A DNA stretch of 64,000 nt from an uncultured Candidatus Binatia bacterium (lineage in GTDB: Bacteria > Desulfobacterota > Binatia > UBA9968 > JAJDTQ01), in contig OZ243916.1 in assembly GCA_965213675.1 (NCBI GenBank), positions 928,001 to 992,000 on the forward strand, read 5' to 3'. A program made the translations under genes and the position numbers. Below, in pieces: positions 12,805 to 22,000 of this stretch. Below the pieces are notes generated by a model. The model did not search any database and was not told the DNA's origin. It was given only the letters and a program-made list of their open reading frames with translations. Within the stretch, counting starts at the first letter, position 1. Each line of letters begins with the position of its first letter.

Positions 12805-14102
12805 GCAGGCCGTGGAAAAACGCCTAGATTTGAGCGTTTGTGAGTGATTCGATGGAAAATCCGGCTTCAGGGCATCGAGATAGACTTGTTTCACCGGCCA
12901 TTTCAGGCCAGCGGGCGCGGCGCAGACGCACTGAGGCCATGGACGCATGCTCAACCCCCGACTCCCAAGGTGCGCAGTCGTACCAGGTTGTAGGCGGCGA
13001 AGGTGAGGGTAAACTGGAAGTCGACCTTGGCCAAGCCCCGGTGCTTGAGTTTGCGCATGCCTCCGATGGTCTTGGCCCAGCCGAAGCCTTCCTCGATCCG
13101 TTTGCGGATGCGCTGGCTCACTGCGTAACCACCGTGACGGGTGGTGCGCCGGTCAATGGCGGAACGCCGGTGGGTATCGTTCTGGGCCACATGCGGACTG
13201 ACGTTGGCGCAGCGCAGTCCCTCCACAAAGTCTTTTGTATCGTATCCCTTGTCTGCCCCGAGGGTGAGCCGATCCGTGCCGGGACGCGCCGTCATCATCG
13301 CCAGGCCCGCCTCGCGCTCAGCCCGTCCGCCGGCTTCGGTGGTACGGGTATCGACGATCAGTCCATGGCGGTTATCCATCAACGCATGGCCCAGGTAGCA
13401 CAGCTTCGCTTCCTGCCCTTGGCCCTTGCGGTACAGCCGTGCCTGTGGATCGGTGCCCGACTGGTGGGTCGCATTGCTGCGCTTCTCGCCGTGGAAGTCC
13501 GCCTCGGCGTTGCGTCCACCGCCACCGCGCCGTCCGCCTCCATCTTTCGGCCGGAACGACTTCATCGACGCCCACGCCTCCAGCAACGTCCCGTCCACGC
13601 TGAAGTGTTCATCCGACAAAAGGCGTCCTTCACGGGCCTGACCCAGCACTTGCCCAAAAAAGGCCCGCGCGATGTCCGACCCGATCAACCGCTCCCGGTT
13701 CTTGGTGAACGTCGAGTGGTCCCACACCGGATCGTCCATCGACAGTCCCACAAACCACCTGAACAGCAAGTTGTAGTCCAGTTGCTCCACCAACAACCGT
13801 TCGCTACGGATCGAGTAAAGTACCTGAAGCAGCAACGCCCGCAGCAACTGCTCCGGCGCGATCGAAGGCCGCCCCGTGTGCGAGTACATCTCCTCAAACT
13901 CCCGCGTCAGTCCTTCAAGCGCCCTGTTCACCATTTTCCGTATCGCTCGCAACGGATGGTCCGCTGGCACTCGCGCCTCCGGCGACACATAACTGAACAT
14001 CCCTTCCTGACGCGGATCTGTTCCTCTCATCGTTTACTCCCTGTCCTTACGAATAGGATACTTACTGTTATCCGCGTCAGGCGGAGTTTTTCAACAACCT
14101 GC
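12805..14102 (-). mobile_element. IS5-family insertion sequence (~1.3 kb)
   Basis: Terminal inverted repeats GCAGGCCGTGGAAAAAC / GCAGGTTGTTGAAAAAC (14/17); TA (or CTA) duplicated at 12803-12804 and 14103-14104. Confidence 0.92.
12951..14030 (-). CDS. IS5-family DDE transposase
   Basis: VPADHPLR, GRPSIAPE, SVDGT, GADKGYD, RKRIEEGFGWAK; intact 359 aa. Confidence 0.93.
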   Translation of the reverse strand: MRGTDPRQEGMFSYVSPEARVPADHPLRAIRKMVNRALEGLTREFEEMYSHTGRPSIAPEQLLRALLLQVLYSIRSERLLVEQLDYNLLFRWFVGLSMDDPVWDHSTFTKNRERLIGSDIARAFFGQVLGQAREGRLLSDEHFSVDGTLLEAWASMKSFRPKDGGGRRGGGGRNAEADFHGEKRSNATHQSGTDPQARLYRKGQGQEAKLCYLGHALMDNRHGLIVDTRTTEAGGRAEREAGLAMMTARPGTDRLTLGADKGYDTKDFVEGLRCANVSPHVAQNDTHRRSAIDRRTTRHGGYAVSQRIRKRIEEGFGWAKTIGGMRKLKHRGLAKVDFQFTLTFAAYNLVRLRTLGVGG

Positions 14103-14650
14103 TAATGGCCAACCTGTAAAACTCTACCTCAATCTCATGAGTGTAGGCTGACGGCCACTCAACCGTCGCCTTGGTGATCAGAGTAGCGACAGGATTAAGG
14201 TCGTTGGCAAGTGGCGTCAAGGTCATGCGCATCGTTTCGAACGGAATACTGCCTCCGCCGGCGGTCGGATCAAGGACTGTACAGTCCTCTGTGGTACGCT
14301 TGATCGTCGCCCTAATCCATCCGATGTCGCGGTTGGTCAAGACGTGTTTGAACGCCCGAACATAGCCGTAGGGATCAGCCACGCGAACTCCAGTCCTGCG
14401 TGCGCGATCTATCGCATGTCGTGCAGCGATCGGGTCCCCGTGTATCCCGAGAACATGCAGAAACCGTTCCCGATCCGCGTCTGCCGGTAAGAGCGACGCC
14501 AGCACCGCCGCCCGTGACGCCACCAGCGGACGCCGCGCCCACCACACGTGGAGCCGGTTCGGAGCCGGGAACGGCGTCATCGGCGTCCGTTCTCGCAGGC
14601 TCTCCTCGCCGATTTCTGCTATCGGCAACCACCGCTCAATCAGGCGTGTG

Positions 14651-17530
14651 TTAGCCATCCTTCTGATCCGTCTGCACTGACGCGTGACTCGCCAACTTCT
14701 CCCTACTCAATGCCGCCGTGCGGGCCTCTTTCAACTTCACCAGATCCCGGCGGATATCCTGAGCGACTTCCTCGACCTCCTGTGCCACCCCGGGTTCAAG
14801 CCCGATCTCCCGCTCCAGGGCCGTAACGAGCGGCAATAGGAGCTTCACCGACGGTGACGCCTGAATGAGTTCGCGCATGTGCACCGGCCCAAGCTCAACG
14901 CTCAAATACATCAGTGCATCAAGAGCCTCATACGGGAGAGCTCCGATCTTCTGCAACAGCGCAAGAACGGTTTCGATGTCGAGTTCGCTTGCAGATCGTT
15001 TGCCGTCGGCAAGAGTCGCCTTGGCCCGAATCAGATGACCACGGACACGCCTCGCCAGTGATTCCGGTCCGAGTGCAGATAGAGCCCGACCCGCCGTCTC
15101 GACCGCTGCCTCATACCGCAGGCATTTGAACTCCATACCGGCTTTTCGAAGAAGCGCTTCCCCCATCCATTCACCGGGCACGGCAGACGCGTCTCTTGCA
15201 ATTCGGTGAACCGCCTCGTCAAAGGCAGCGAGTGCGTCCCGGAGCCGGCCCACTCGGTCGAGTATTGCACCCTTGACAACAAGGGCCTGTGTAACCCACC
15301 CGAAGACATCCCCGTTCTGACTCTCCCCAAAACGACGAACTGCCCCGTCCCAGACGGCCAACGCATCTTCGTGTCGGTTCATATCAACCAGTACATCTCC
15401 TTTGTTGAAGAGAGCCTTGGCTACTACCTCAGCAACAGTTGGGTCCTCACTCTCCGCGAAGCGACGAACTACCTCCTCCCAAGTGGCCACGGCATCCTGA
15501 GGCCTGTGCAATTCACGCAGTGCACACCCCTTGTTGAAGAGGGTCTTCGCTACCCACCCAAGAATTTCTGGATTGTTGTTCTGGCCGAAGAAATGCAGCA
15601 TCTCGTCACAGGCGGCCAGTCCGTCCTGCGGCCGATTCAATCGAGCGAACAGAGCCCCTTTGTTGACGAAGGCAATCGCTACTTGCTCAAGAAGAGTTTG
15701 ATTTTCACTCTGTCCGAACCGGAGTAACAAGTCATCCCATGCAGCCAGTGCGTCCTCCGGCCGATTCAATCTGTCGAGTGCATCTCCTTTGTAGACGATG
15801 ACATTCGCCACCAGTTCAAGAAGGGCCGTGTTAGTGCTCTGCCCAAAGCGACTGACGACCTCTTCCAGGGCGTCCAACGCATCTTGGAACTGGTTCATTC
15901 CGCCGAGTATCATCCCTTTGTAGAAAAGGGCCTTGGCGACCGACTCAAGAACAGCCAAGTTCTTGCTCTGCCCGAATCGACGCACCACTCCGTCGTAGGC
16001 ACATAGCGCATCCTCGGATCGGTCCATTCTGCCGAGCGTGACGCCTTTATTGAAGAGAGCCGTCGCAACCGGCTCAAGCAACGTCGGGTTCGTGCTCTCT
16101 CCGAATCGAAGCAGCAACTGGTCCCACACGGCCAGTGCGTCCGCTGCTCGATTCTGATTGTTCAGGGTAGCCGCTTTGGCGAACAGATCCATCGCTTCCT
16201 GCTTTGCCGCCTCGTCCGTACCGGCGTGAAGCGTCTGCAACTCGCCTCGGTGCTTGCTCAGCGCCGGTGACTCCAGAAACCGTGGGATGGCGATCCGGTA
16301 GAGCGACTGCATCTCCCCGTTGGAGCTTCCCGCCTCGCGGATGAGGCGAGCAACGATGTCCTTCAGTTCGGCGGGCGAGTAATATGTCTCCATGAACTGG
16401 ACAATGGCTTCGACCAAGCTACCCGGCCCGCGGGACCGTCGCATCAGGTAATAGATGTTGTACAAGCGCTCGGTCAGGTAGTACTGCTTGCGCCGAGCCG
16501 TGCCGCCCTTGACCTGAACGACCCCTCGTTCGATGAGGCGCGCGAGTTGAGCGCTGCATTTACTCGTCTCCAGCCGGGATCGATCCGCGATTTCCCTCGT
16601 GGTCGCCGGTTTCCACAATTCAGCAAGCGCAAGATAGACCCGCCGTTCCTGTGGCGGAAGCGATTCGATATGGCTTTTGAAATACTCCGTATGGTCATCG
16701 ACCAGATCGAGCAGTTCGACCATGAGTTCGCGGAAGGACCTGCCCCCGCCGAAACGGGCCACGATCGCCAACAGTCGCGGGCTTCCGCCGGTGAGGATCT
16801 CCAACGACCGAATCGTCTTGGGCGCAGGGCACCGACCGGACACCGTTTCCCAAAGAACCGCGCACTCTTTCGTGTTGAGGGGGCGCAGGGTGTGCACCCT
16901 GAAGAGATCGTAAAGTGCATGCTCCGGGTTGTCGATCTCCTCGAAACGGCTGGTGGCGCTCGCAAGCATGACGACCCGGGGCTCGGTCTGGAGGGTGTGT
17001 CTCAGCCGCCAACCCGCGTCCGGGTCCGCCATGTCCCTGAACATCATGTTGAGGTTCTCGACTATCAAAACCAGCCGTTTACCCTCCCGGTCCGAGAAGT
17101 CCAACAGGGAGGCGCGACAACGCTCAGCAAGAGTCTGGTCGTCACTATTGGTTCGCAGGTCTTCGACGGTGCGTTGCAGATCGGGACCGCCCTCTCGGCG
17201 AGGCACCTGCGCCGCCAGGCGAGACAGGCATTCGAGCCAGAACTCCCCAGCGGTGGTGACCTCGTAGCTTTCCTCTGCAAAGACGATCGGAAAGAATCGG
17301 GACGACAACCCGACATCCCTGCGCACCTCGGCCGCGATCCGCAGGAGGAGGCTCGTCTTCCCGCTGCCGCGGGCGCCGATCACGATCTGATGCGGGTTTG
17401 AGCTTCCGGTGCAATCGCGCAGCATCTCGACCATCGACTCGAACTCGACCGTCCGCACACAGAATGATTCCACCAACTCATCGTCGGTTAGGAAGCCTGG
17501 GTTGTACTTCCTAGCGACGGTCACGGCCAT
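14651..17530 (-). CDS. STAND-like P-loop NTPase + winged helix + 43-aa TPR-like repeats
   Basis: GARGSGKT, LVLIVENLN, TGGSPR, HTH region; about 7-8 repeats with 129-bp period; GGAG before ATG 17530. Confidence 0.8.
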   Translation of the reverse strand: MAVTVARKYNPGFLTDDELVESFCVRTVEFESMVEMLRDCTGSSNPHQIVIGARGSGKTSLLLRIAAEVRRDVGLSSRFFPIVFAEESYEVTTAGEFWLECLSRLAAQVPRREGGPDLQRTVEDLRTNSDDQTLAERCRASLLDFSDREGKRLVLIVENLNMMFRDMADPDAGWRLRHTLQTEPRVVMLASATSRFEEIDNPEHALYDLFRVHTLRPLNTKECAVLWETVSGRCPAPKTIRSLEILTGGSPRLLAIVARFGGGRSFRELMVELLDLVDDHTEYFKSHIESLPPQERRVYLALAELWKPATTREIADRSRLETSKCSAQLARLIERGVVQVKGGTARRKQYYLTERLYNIYYLMRRSRGPGSLVEAIVQFMETYYSPAELKDIVARLIREAGSSNGEMQSLYRIAIPRFLESPALSKHRGELQTLHAGTDEAAKQEAMDLFAKAATLNNQNRAADALAVWDQLLLRFGESTNPTLLEPVATALFNKGVTLGRMDRSEDALCAYDGVVRRFGQSKNLAVLESVAKALFYKGMILGGMNQFQDALDALEEVVSRFGQSTNTALLELVANVIVYKGDALDRLNRPEDALAAWDDLLLRFGQSENQTLLEQVAIAFVNKGALFARLNRPQDGLAACDEMLHFFGQNNNPEILGWVAKTLFNKGCALRELHRPQDAVATWEEVVRRFAESEDPTVAEVVAKALFNKGDVLVDMNRHEDALAVWDGAVRRFGESQNGDVFGWVTQALVVKGAILDRVGRLRDALAAFDEAVHRIARDASAVPGEWMGEALLRKAGMEFKCLRYEAAVETAGRALSALGPESLARRVRGHLIRAKATLADGKRSASELDIETVLALLQKIGALPYEALDALMYLSVELGPVHMRELIQASPSVKLLLPLVTALEREIGLEPGVAQEVEEVAQDIRRDLVKLKEARTAALSREKLASHASVQTDQKDG

Positions 17531-17738
17531 TGCTCCGTTGTCCGGTCGGACTCGACGCCGAACTCTCAGGACGACACCGTTCACACAGCACGACGGTCAC
17601 GCTGTTGTTATCCCCTGACACGCTAACCTGAGAGGATGCTGGAGGCGGCTGGTTTCGGGACCTCAAGTTCCGCAGAATCCACAGGCCCGCTACGCCGAGG
17701 AATCCCTCCGTCCAGAACTGGTTGATGAAATCATTCAT
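17511..17738 (-). CDS. Small hypothetical protein with short hydrophobic N-terminal segment
   Basis: 75-aa ORF directly behind a near-consensus promoter, overlapping the STAND gene start. Confidence 0.4.
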   Translation of the reverse strand: MNDFINQFWTEGFLGVAGLWILRNLRSRNQPPPASSQVSVSGDNNSVTVVLCERCRPESSASSPTGQRSNGRDRR

Positions 17739-17771
17739 GGGACATCCATGCTTCCAACAATCTCGTTGCTA

Positions 17772-17800
17772 ACGATACTGTTGGGACAATAGAATGTCAA
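17772..17800 (-). promoter_or_regulatory. sigma70 promoter for small ORF-STAND-methylase-helicase unit
   Basis: TTGACA-17 bp-TATCGT on minus strand. Confidence 0.65.
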
Positions 17801-17861
17801 GCCGTTTTTCAGTATTTCTGTTGGGAACACTCGACGCCACCCCAGAATTGCTTGTCAGAAC

Positions 17862-17899
17862 TTGTAACCCGTTACGTGACATGTGATACTCTGTCACGT
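17862..17899 (+). promoter_or_regulatory. higBA promoter with two operator palindromes
   Basis: TTGTAA-17-GATACT with TGn extension; GTAAC-CC-GTTAC and ACGTGACA-N10-TGTCACGT. Confidence 0.65.
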
Positions 17900-18176
17900 G
17901 ATTAAAGGCTTCAAGCACAAAGGGTTACAGACGTTCTTCGAGACCGGAAACAAGAAGGGTATACAGCCGAGGCACGCCAACCAGTTGAGAGATATCTTGG
18001 CTGCTCTGGACGCCGCAACATCTCCAAGGGACATGCGTGCACCCAGTTTCCGTTTGCATCTACTGGAGCCTCGTGGCGCCAATATCTGGTCGGTGTATGT
18101 CGCCAAGAACTGGAGTGTGGACTTTCGTTTCGTTAGCGGGCACGCCGAAGCAGTGAATTACGTGGATCACCATTAG
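17898..18176 (+). CDS. higB: HigB/RelE-family toxin
   Basis: MIKGFKHKGL, RLHLL, WSVYVAKNW, C-terminal VDHH; upstream of antitoxin. Confidence 0.88.
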   Translation: MIKGFKHKGLQTFFETGNKKGIQPRHANQLRDILAALDAATSPRDMRAPSFRLHLLEPRGANIWSVYVAKNWSVDFRFVSGHAEAVNYVDHH

Positions 18177-18268
18177 ACTGTGATATCTCGACAACATGAC
18201 AAAGAACTGCTTGTCGACCAGCCTCTGGTTCCGGCTACGCCAGATTGGATACAGGTCAGGAGACACTC

Positions 18269-18556
18269 ATGAGAATGCACAACCCACCTCATCCCGGCGG
18301 AGTGCTGTTTAGACAGTGGATTTCGCCTTTGGGTATCTCCATTACCCAGACTGCCAAGCACCTCGGCGTTTCCCGGAAGGCGCTTTCCGAGATCGTCAAC
18401 GAGCACACCGGGATCAGTCCCGAGATGGCGGTGAGACTCTCCATAGCCCTGGGAACCAGCTCCGAGCTATGGCTGAACATGCAGTCCAATTACGACTTGT
18501 GGCACGCCGAGCAGCGCAGGAAGGAGCTAAGGGTAGAGTCTATCATTGCAGCGTAG
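18269..18556 (+). CDS. higA: HigA-family HTH antitoxin
   Basis: [28 protein letters not shown]; AGGAGA RBS. Confidence 0.92.
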   Translation: MRMHNPPHPGGVLFRQWISPLGISITQTAKHLGVSRKALSEIVNEHTGISPEMAVRLSIALGTSSELWLNMQSNYDLWHAEQRRKELRVESIIAA

Positions 18557-19040
18557 GGGTTCTCGGCGGCTTCGGCTCCGTCAGCAGGAAACGCAGCGCC
18601 GTCAGCACTCGGCGCGGGTGTCTGCGGTGCATGGCCATGCCGAGCCAGTAGGCTGCCTCCTCACGCCCCATGGCCTCGATGCCTTCGGCGACGGCGCGCA
18701 TGTTGTCGCGGCTTCGCATGGGAGCGAGGGTGCGGAACAGAAGGCCGAGCGTCAGGGCCAGGTCCTCAGAGACGGCATATCCCTGCTTCTGTTGGTTGCC
18801 GAGGACGGGCTTTACGCCCGCCTGTGACAGCCGCTTCAGAACCCTGTGTTCCACCAGTTGCAGGTTGCGGCCTTTCAGGCCAGCGACGCGGGCCGCTATG
18901 CTCAGGTGCGGAGTTGCGGGGCTTGGCATCTGCCAGATCTCGTACTCCGTGTCGGCGGGGCCGTGGCGTCCGATGCGAAGCTCGTAACGCGGCGCCGATT
19001 CCGGCGTGTCGATCTGGACAACCCGTTTGAGACGCGCCAT
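18543..19040 (-). CDS. Small DUF499-associated protein (DUF3780/DUF7680-like)
   Basis: TGATG coupling to DUF499 gene; C-terminal [11 protein letters not shown]...[11 protein letters not shown]; family assignment tentative. Confidence 0.65.
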   Translation of the reverse strand: MARLKRVVQIDTPESAPRYELRIGRHGPADTEYEIWQMPSPATPHLSIAARVAGLKGRNLQLVEHRVLKRLSQAGVKPVLGNQQKQGYAVSEDLALTLGLLFRTLAPMRSRDNMRAVAEGIEAMGREEAAYWLGMAMHRRHPRRVLTALRFLLTEPKPPRTPTLQ

Positions 19041-22000
19041 CAGGCTCCAGCCTCCCTGGCGGTAGCCATGACGAATGCCGCGCCGCTGGCGAAGCGCGAC
19101 AATCGCTCGGTCATCTTCTCCGCGGCGTCGCCCTGCATGGGCAGTCCTTCGGTGAACGTCAATTCGAAGCCGACCTCCAAGGTCCGGGATGCGGCGTCGC
19201 GAAGCTGCGGTTCGAGAAACTCCCGAACCGGCTGGGCGTCGGACACGGGTCCCCGGAACTCCAACTCGAACGAGCCCTGGTCGCGGGTTTCGTAACCGCC
19301 GGTCAGGGTCACGAGCTTATCGGCCCCTGAAACCGCGCCCACGGCTCCGAGCAGGCGAAAGGCGTCGCCGGCTTCGAACAGGCGGATGGTGAGGACGCCG
19401 ATCTTCTCGATGTTGCGGGCGCGGGCCTGTTCCCAGAGTCTGGCCAAGGCTTCGGTCAGCAGGCCTTCGGCCGACAACCCACCGAGTGAAGGTTGCTCCT
19501 CGGGCGTTGGCTCCACGACCTGACCTCCGCCCTCGTCAATGGGCTCGACGTACTCGTTCCCTCCGCCGGGCGGCTCCGGTTGCTTTCGCGGCCAGATCCC
19601 CTTGTTTCTGGCGTAGGCCATGGTGAAGACCGCGGACTGCTCGTCGATGACGATGGTGGGCAGCGGATCGCCCGGACCGCACAACAGGTCGCCGCGCTGG
19701 TAGACGTACTCCTCCCGCTCGATGCCGCGCAGGATGCCGCGGATGAATATGTCGTCGCCGCACAGCATGGGCAGCGCGGGATCCCGGCGGAACTCCTCAC
19801 GCAAGGCCAGAGTCGTGATCTGGCCCTTGCGGAGCGGCGTACGGTCGCGCACGTAGGCGGGTGAGTTCGGCTCGTCCTCGGACATGCGTAGCTTCGGCAG
19901 GTCGCGGAGCGCCCGCACCACTTGTCGTTGTCCCGAACCCGGCCGGTCCGATGTCGATTGGACGTCGATGGCGGTGTGCGCCAGATCGACATCGCTCCCG
20001 CCGATACGGTTTCGCGACGGGTAGAACACGTGGCGGTAACACTGCTGGACGGCTATCGCCAACTCCTGCTCGGAGCGCGCTTCCAGCTCGCGGATCTTGT
20101 CCTGCTGGTGTTCGGCGAGATCCACAAGGCGCTCGGGCTTCTTGAGATCCTGCAACGCCAGCCGCCGTTGCGCCTTGCGCCGCATTTCCTCCTTGCGGGC
20201 GTCTTCCGCAGCCAGGAACACCAGATTGTTGCGCAGTGCCCGCAGGGCCGAGCCTTCCGAGCCCTTGCGGGAGTGGATGCGCGCGATCAGTTCGGGAACC
20301 CTCTCCACGGCGCTGCCGATGGCGACGCCGTCGTAGGCGAGCACGATCAGTCTTGGGCGGCCGTCGCCGACCTCGTCTGGCACGTCGAAGGGACCGCCGG
20401 GAAAGGGAATGGCCTCGAAGGCGCCGCCCGCGCCGCCGCTGAAGATACCGCGAATGCTGTCGTCCAGATGCGCGCGGGTCTCGCCGGCATCGACGTGTTG
20501 CTCCTCGCGGCGGATGATCTGGCTGAGGTTCGCTTCGGCAAGAAAGCGCATGGACGCGCCCGGCCGGTCGTCGAGATAGGCCGATTCGGCGACGAACTTT
20601 CGACGCGCCTCCTCGATGAAGCTCACGTCCGTGGCCGGCGCCAGCACCGAGTACCGCAGTTGATGAGGCGACAGGCCCTTCAGCGGGTCGTTGAAGGCCA
20701 GGCTGTGCAAAAAAATCGTGCGCGCTACATACGTGGCGTAAGGTGGCAAGCCGCGGTGATGCTCGGCGTCGATCTCCCCGGCAAGCGCCTTCTTCTCCGT
20801 ACCGGCCACGTCACTGGCGATGGCCGGCAGGTACGCCGTCTGGCCGAGACGGGTAACGATCTCCTGCCGGATCGGCTCGTAGCCGGGATCGATATGGTGG
20901 AGATGGATCGCGGCGGCGTCCGCGGGTTGCTGTTGCCACAGATGGACGATGGTGCGGGCCAGGAGCCGCAGCATGCCGCGCACGCGCTGGAAGTTGCCCA
21001 GGGTTGCAGTCTTGCCCGTCAAGGTCGCCAACACTTCGGGATGCAGCGGGTAGCTGGCGAGAAATGACTCCGTGGTCTCGGGTCGGGCGGCCTCTCTCGA
21101 CAGGGCTTCGCCGGCGGCAGTCCAAAGGTCGCGGTATGTGGCGACCACCGAAGACGCTTGGAAATCGTCAATCGATTCGAAAAGGCGGCGGCGCAACACC
21201 TGCGCCGTCTCGTCTTCTTCCGTGGGATTCAGTAGGGTAGCCTTCCGGGCGGAGACGCTTTCGGCTTCAGCCATCCGGTCGGCGATGAACTGGTTCTCCG
21301 CGCTATAGGCGTCGGTGGCGCGGCCGTCCTTACCGATAGCGAGAGTGTAGACGAGGGCCGCATTGGGCGCACCCTCCACGGCCTTGAACAAGGATGTCAG
21401 GAAAGCCGTCAACTGGTCGTGGGCATCATCGAATTGCCGTACCTTACGCAGGTATACCGAAAGCTCGTCTAGCAGGATCAGGACAGGCTCGCCCCCGAAC
21501 AGTTCCCGCAAAGTTTCCGCTCCCGGCGCGACCTGGTGCTCGTCGCTGTTGCGGACCCGTTCGTATCCTTCCCGTCCGGCGAGAGCGTAGGCGATCTCGC
21601 CCCAAGGTGTGCAAGCCAGTACGCCGTCACCCATCGCCCGCCCATTGGCCGGGTCCGCGTTCTCCCCATCAAACGCGGCAACGCGGACGGGGCCTTGCGG
21701 CAGCAGATCAGGTTCGACGAACTCCGCGGCGTTGGGCACGTTCGCCATGCCACGGGCTGCGTGCGCAAGCGCGATCAGGCCGTGGGTCTTGCCGCCACCG
21801 TATGAGGTGTCGAGTCGAAAGATCGCGGCGACCTCGCCACCCGAACCGCTCAAGCGCCGACATACATTGGCCAGAAGGTTCTTGATACCCCGTGTGGGCC
21901 ACGTATGGGCAAAGAACCTCACGGGGTCCAAGTACTCGGCGCTGCCTTCTCCGACGATGACCTGAGCCAAGTCGGCCGCGAAATCCGCTTCAGCAATGGC

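Larger units (their letters stand above)
10392..14658 (-). pseudogene. DUF1156-type adenine DNA methyltransferase interrupted by IS5-family element
   Basis: N-part LHVWWARRPL and VLDPTAGGGSIP; C-part YLWARTVTCPYC, MDPPY, SWPINTE; deleting 12805-14104 gives an in-frame 988-aa ORF. Confidence 0.9.

Noticed and set aside
12840-14105. 421-aa ORF spanning the IS
   Set aside because: Antisense shadow of the transposase
15180-16180. Periodic DNA as a possible CRISPR array
   Set aside because: 129-bp in-frame degenerate coding repeats, no identical repeat/spacer pattern, no cas genes
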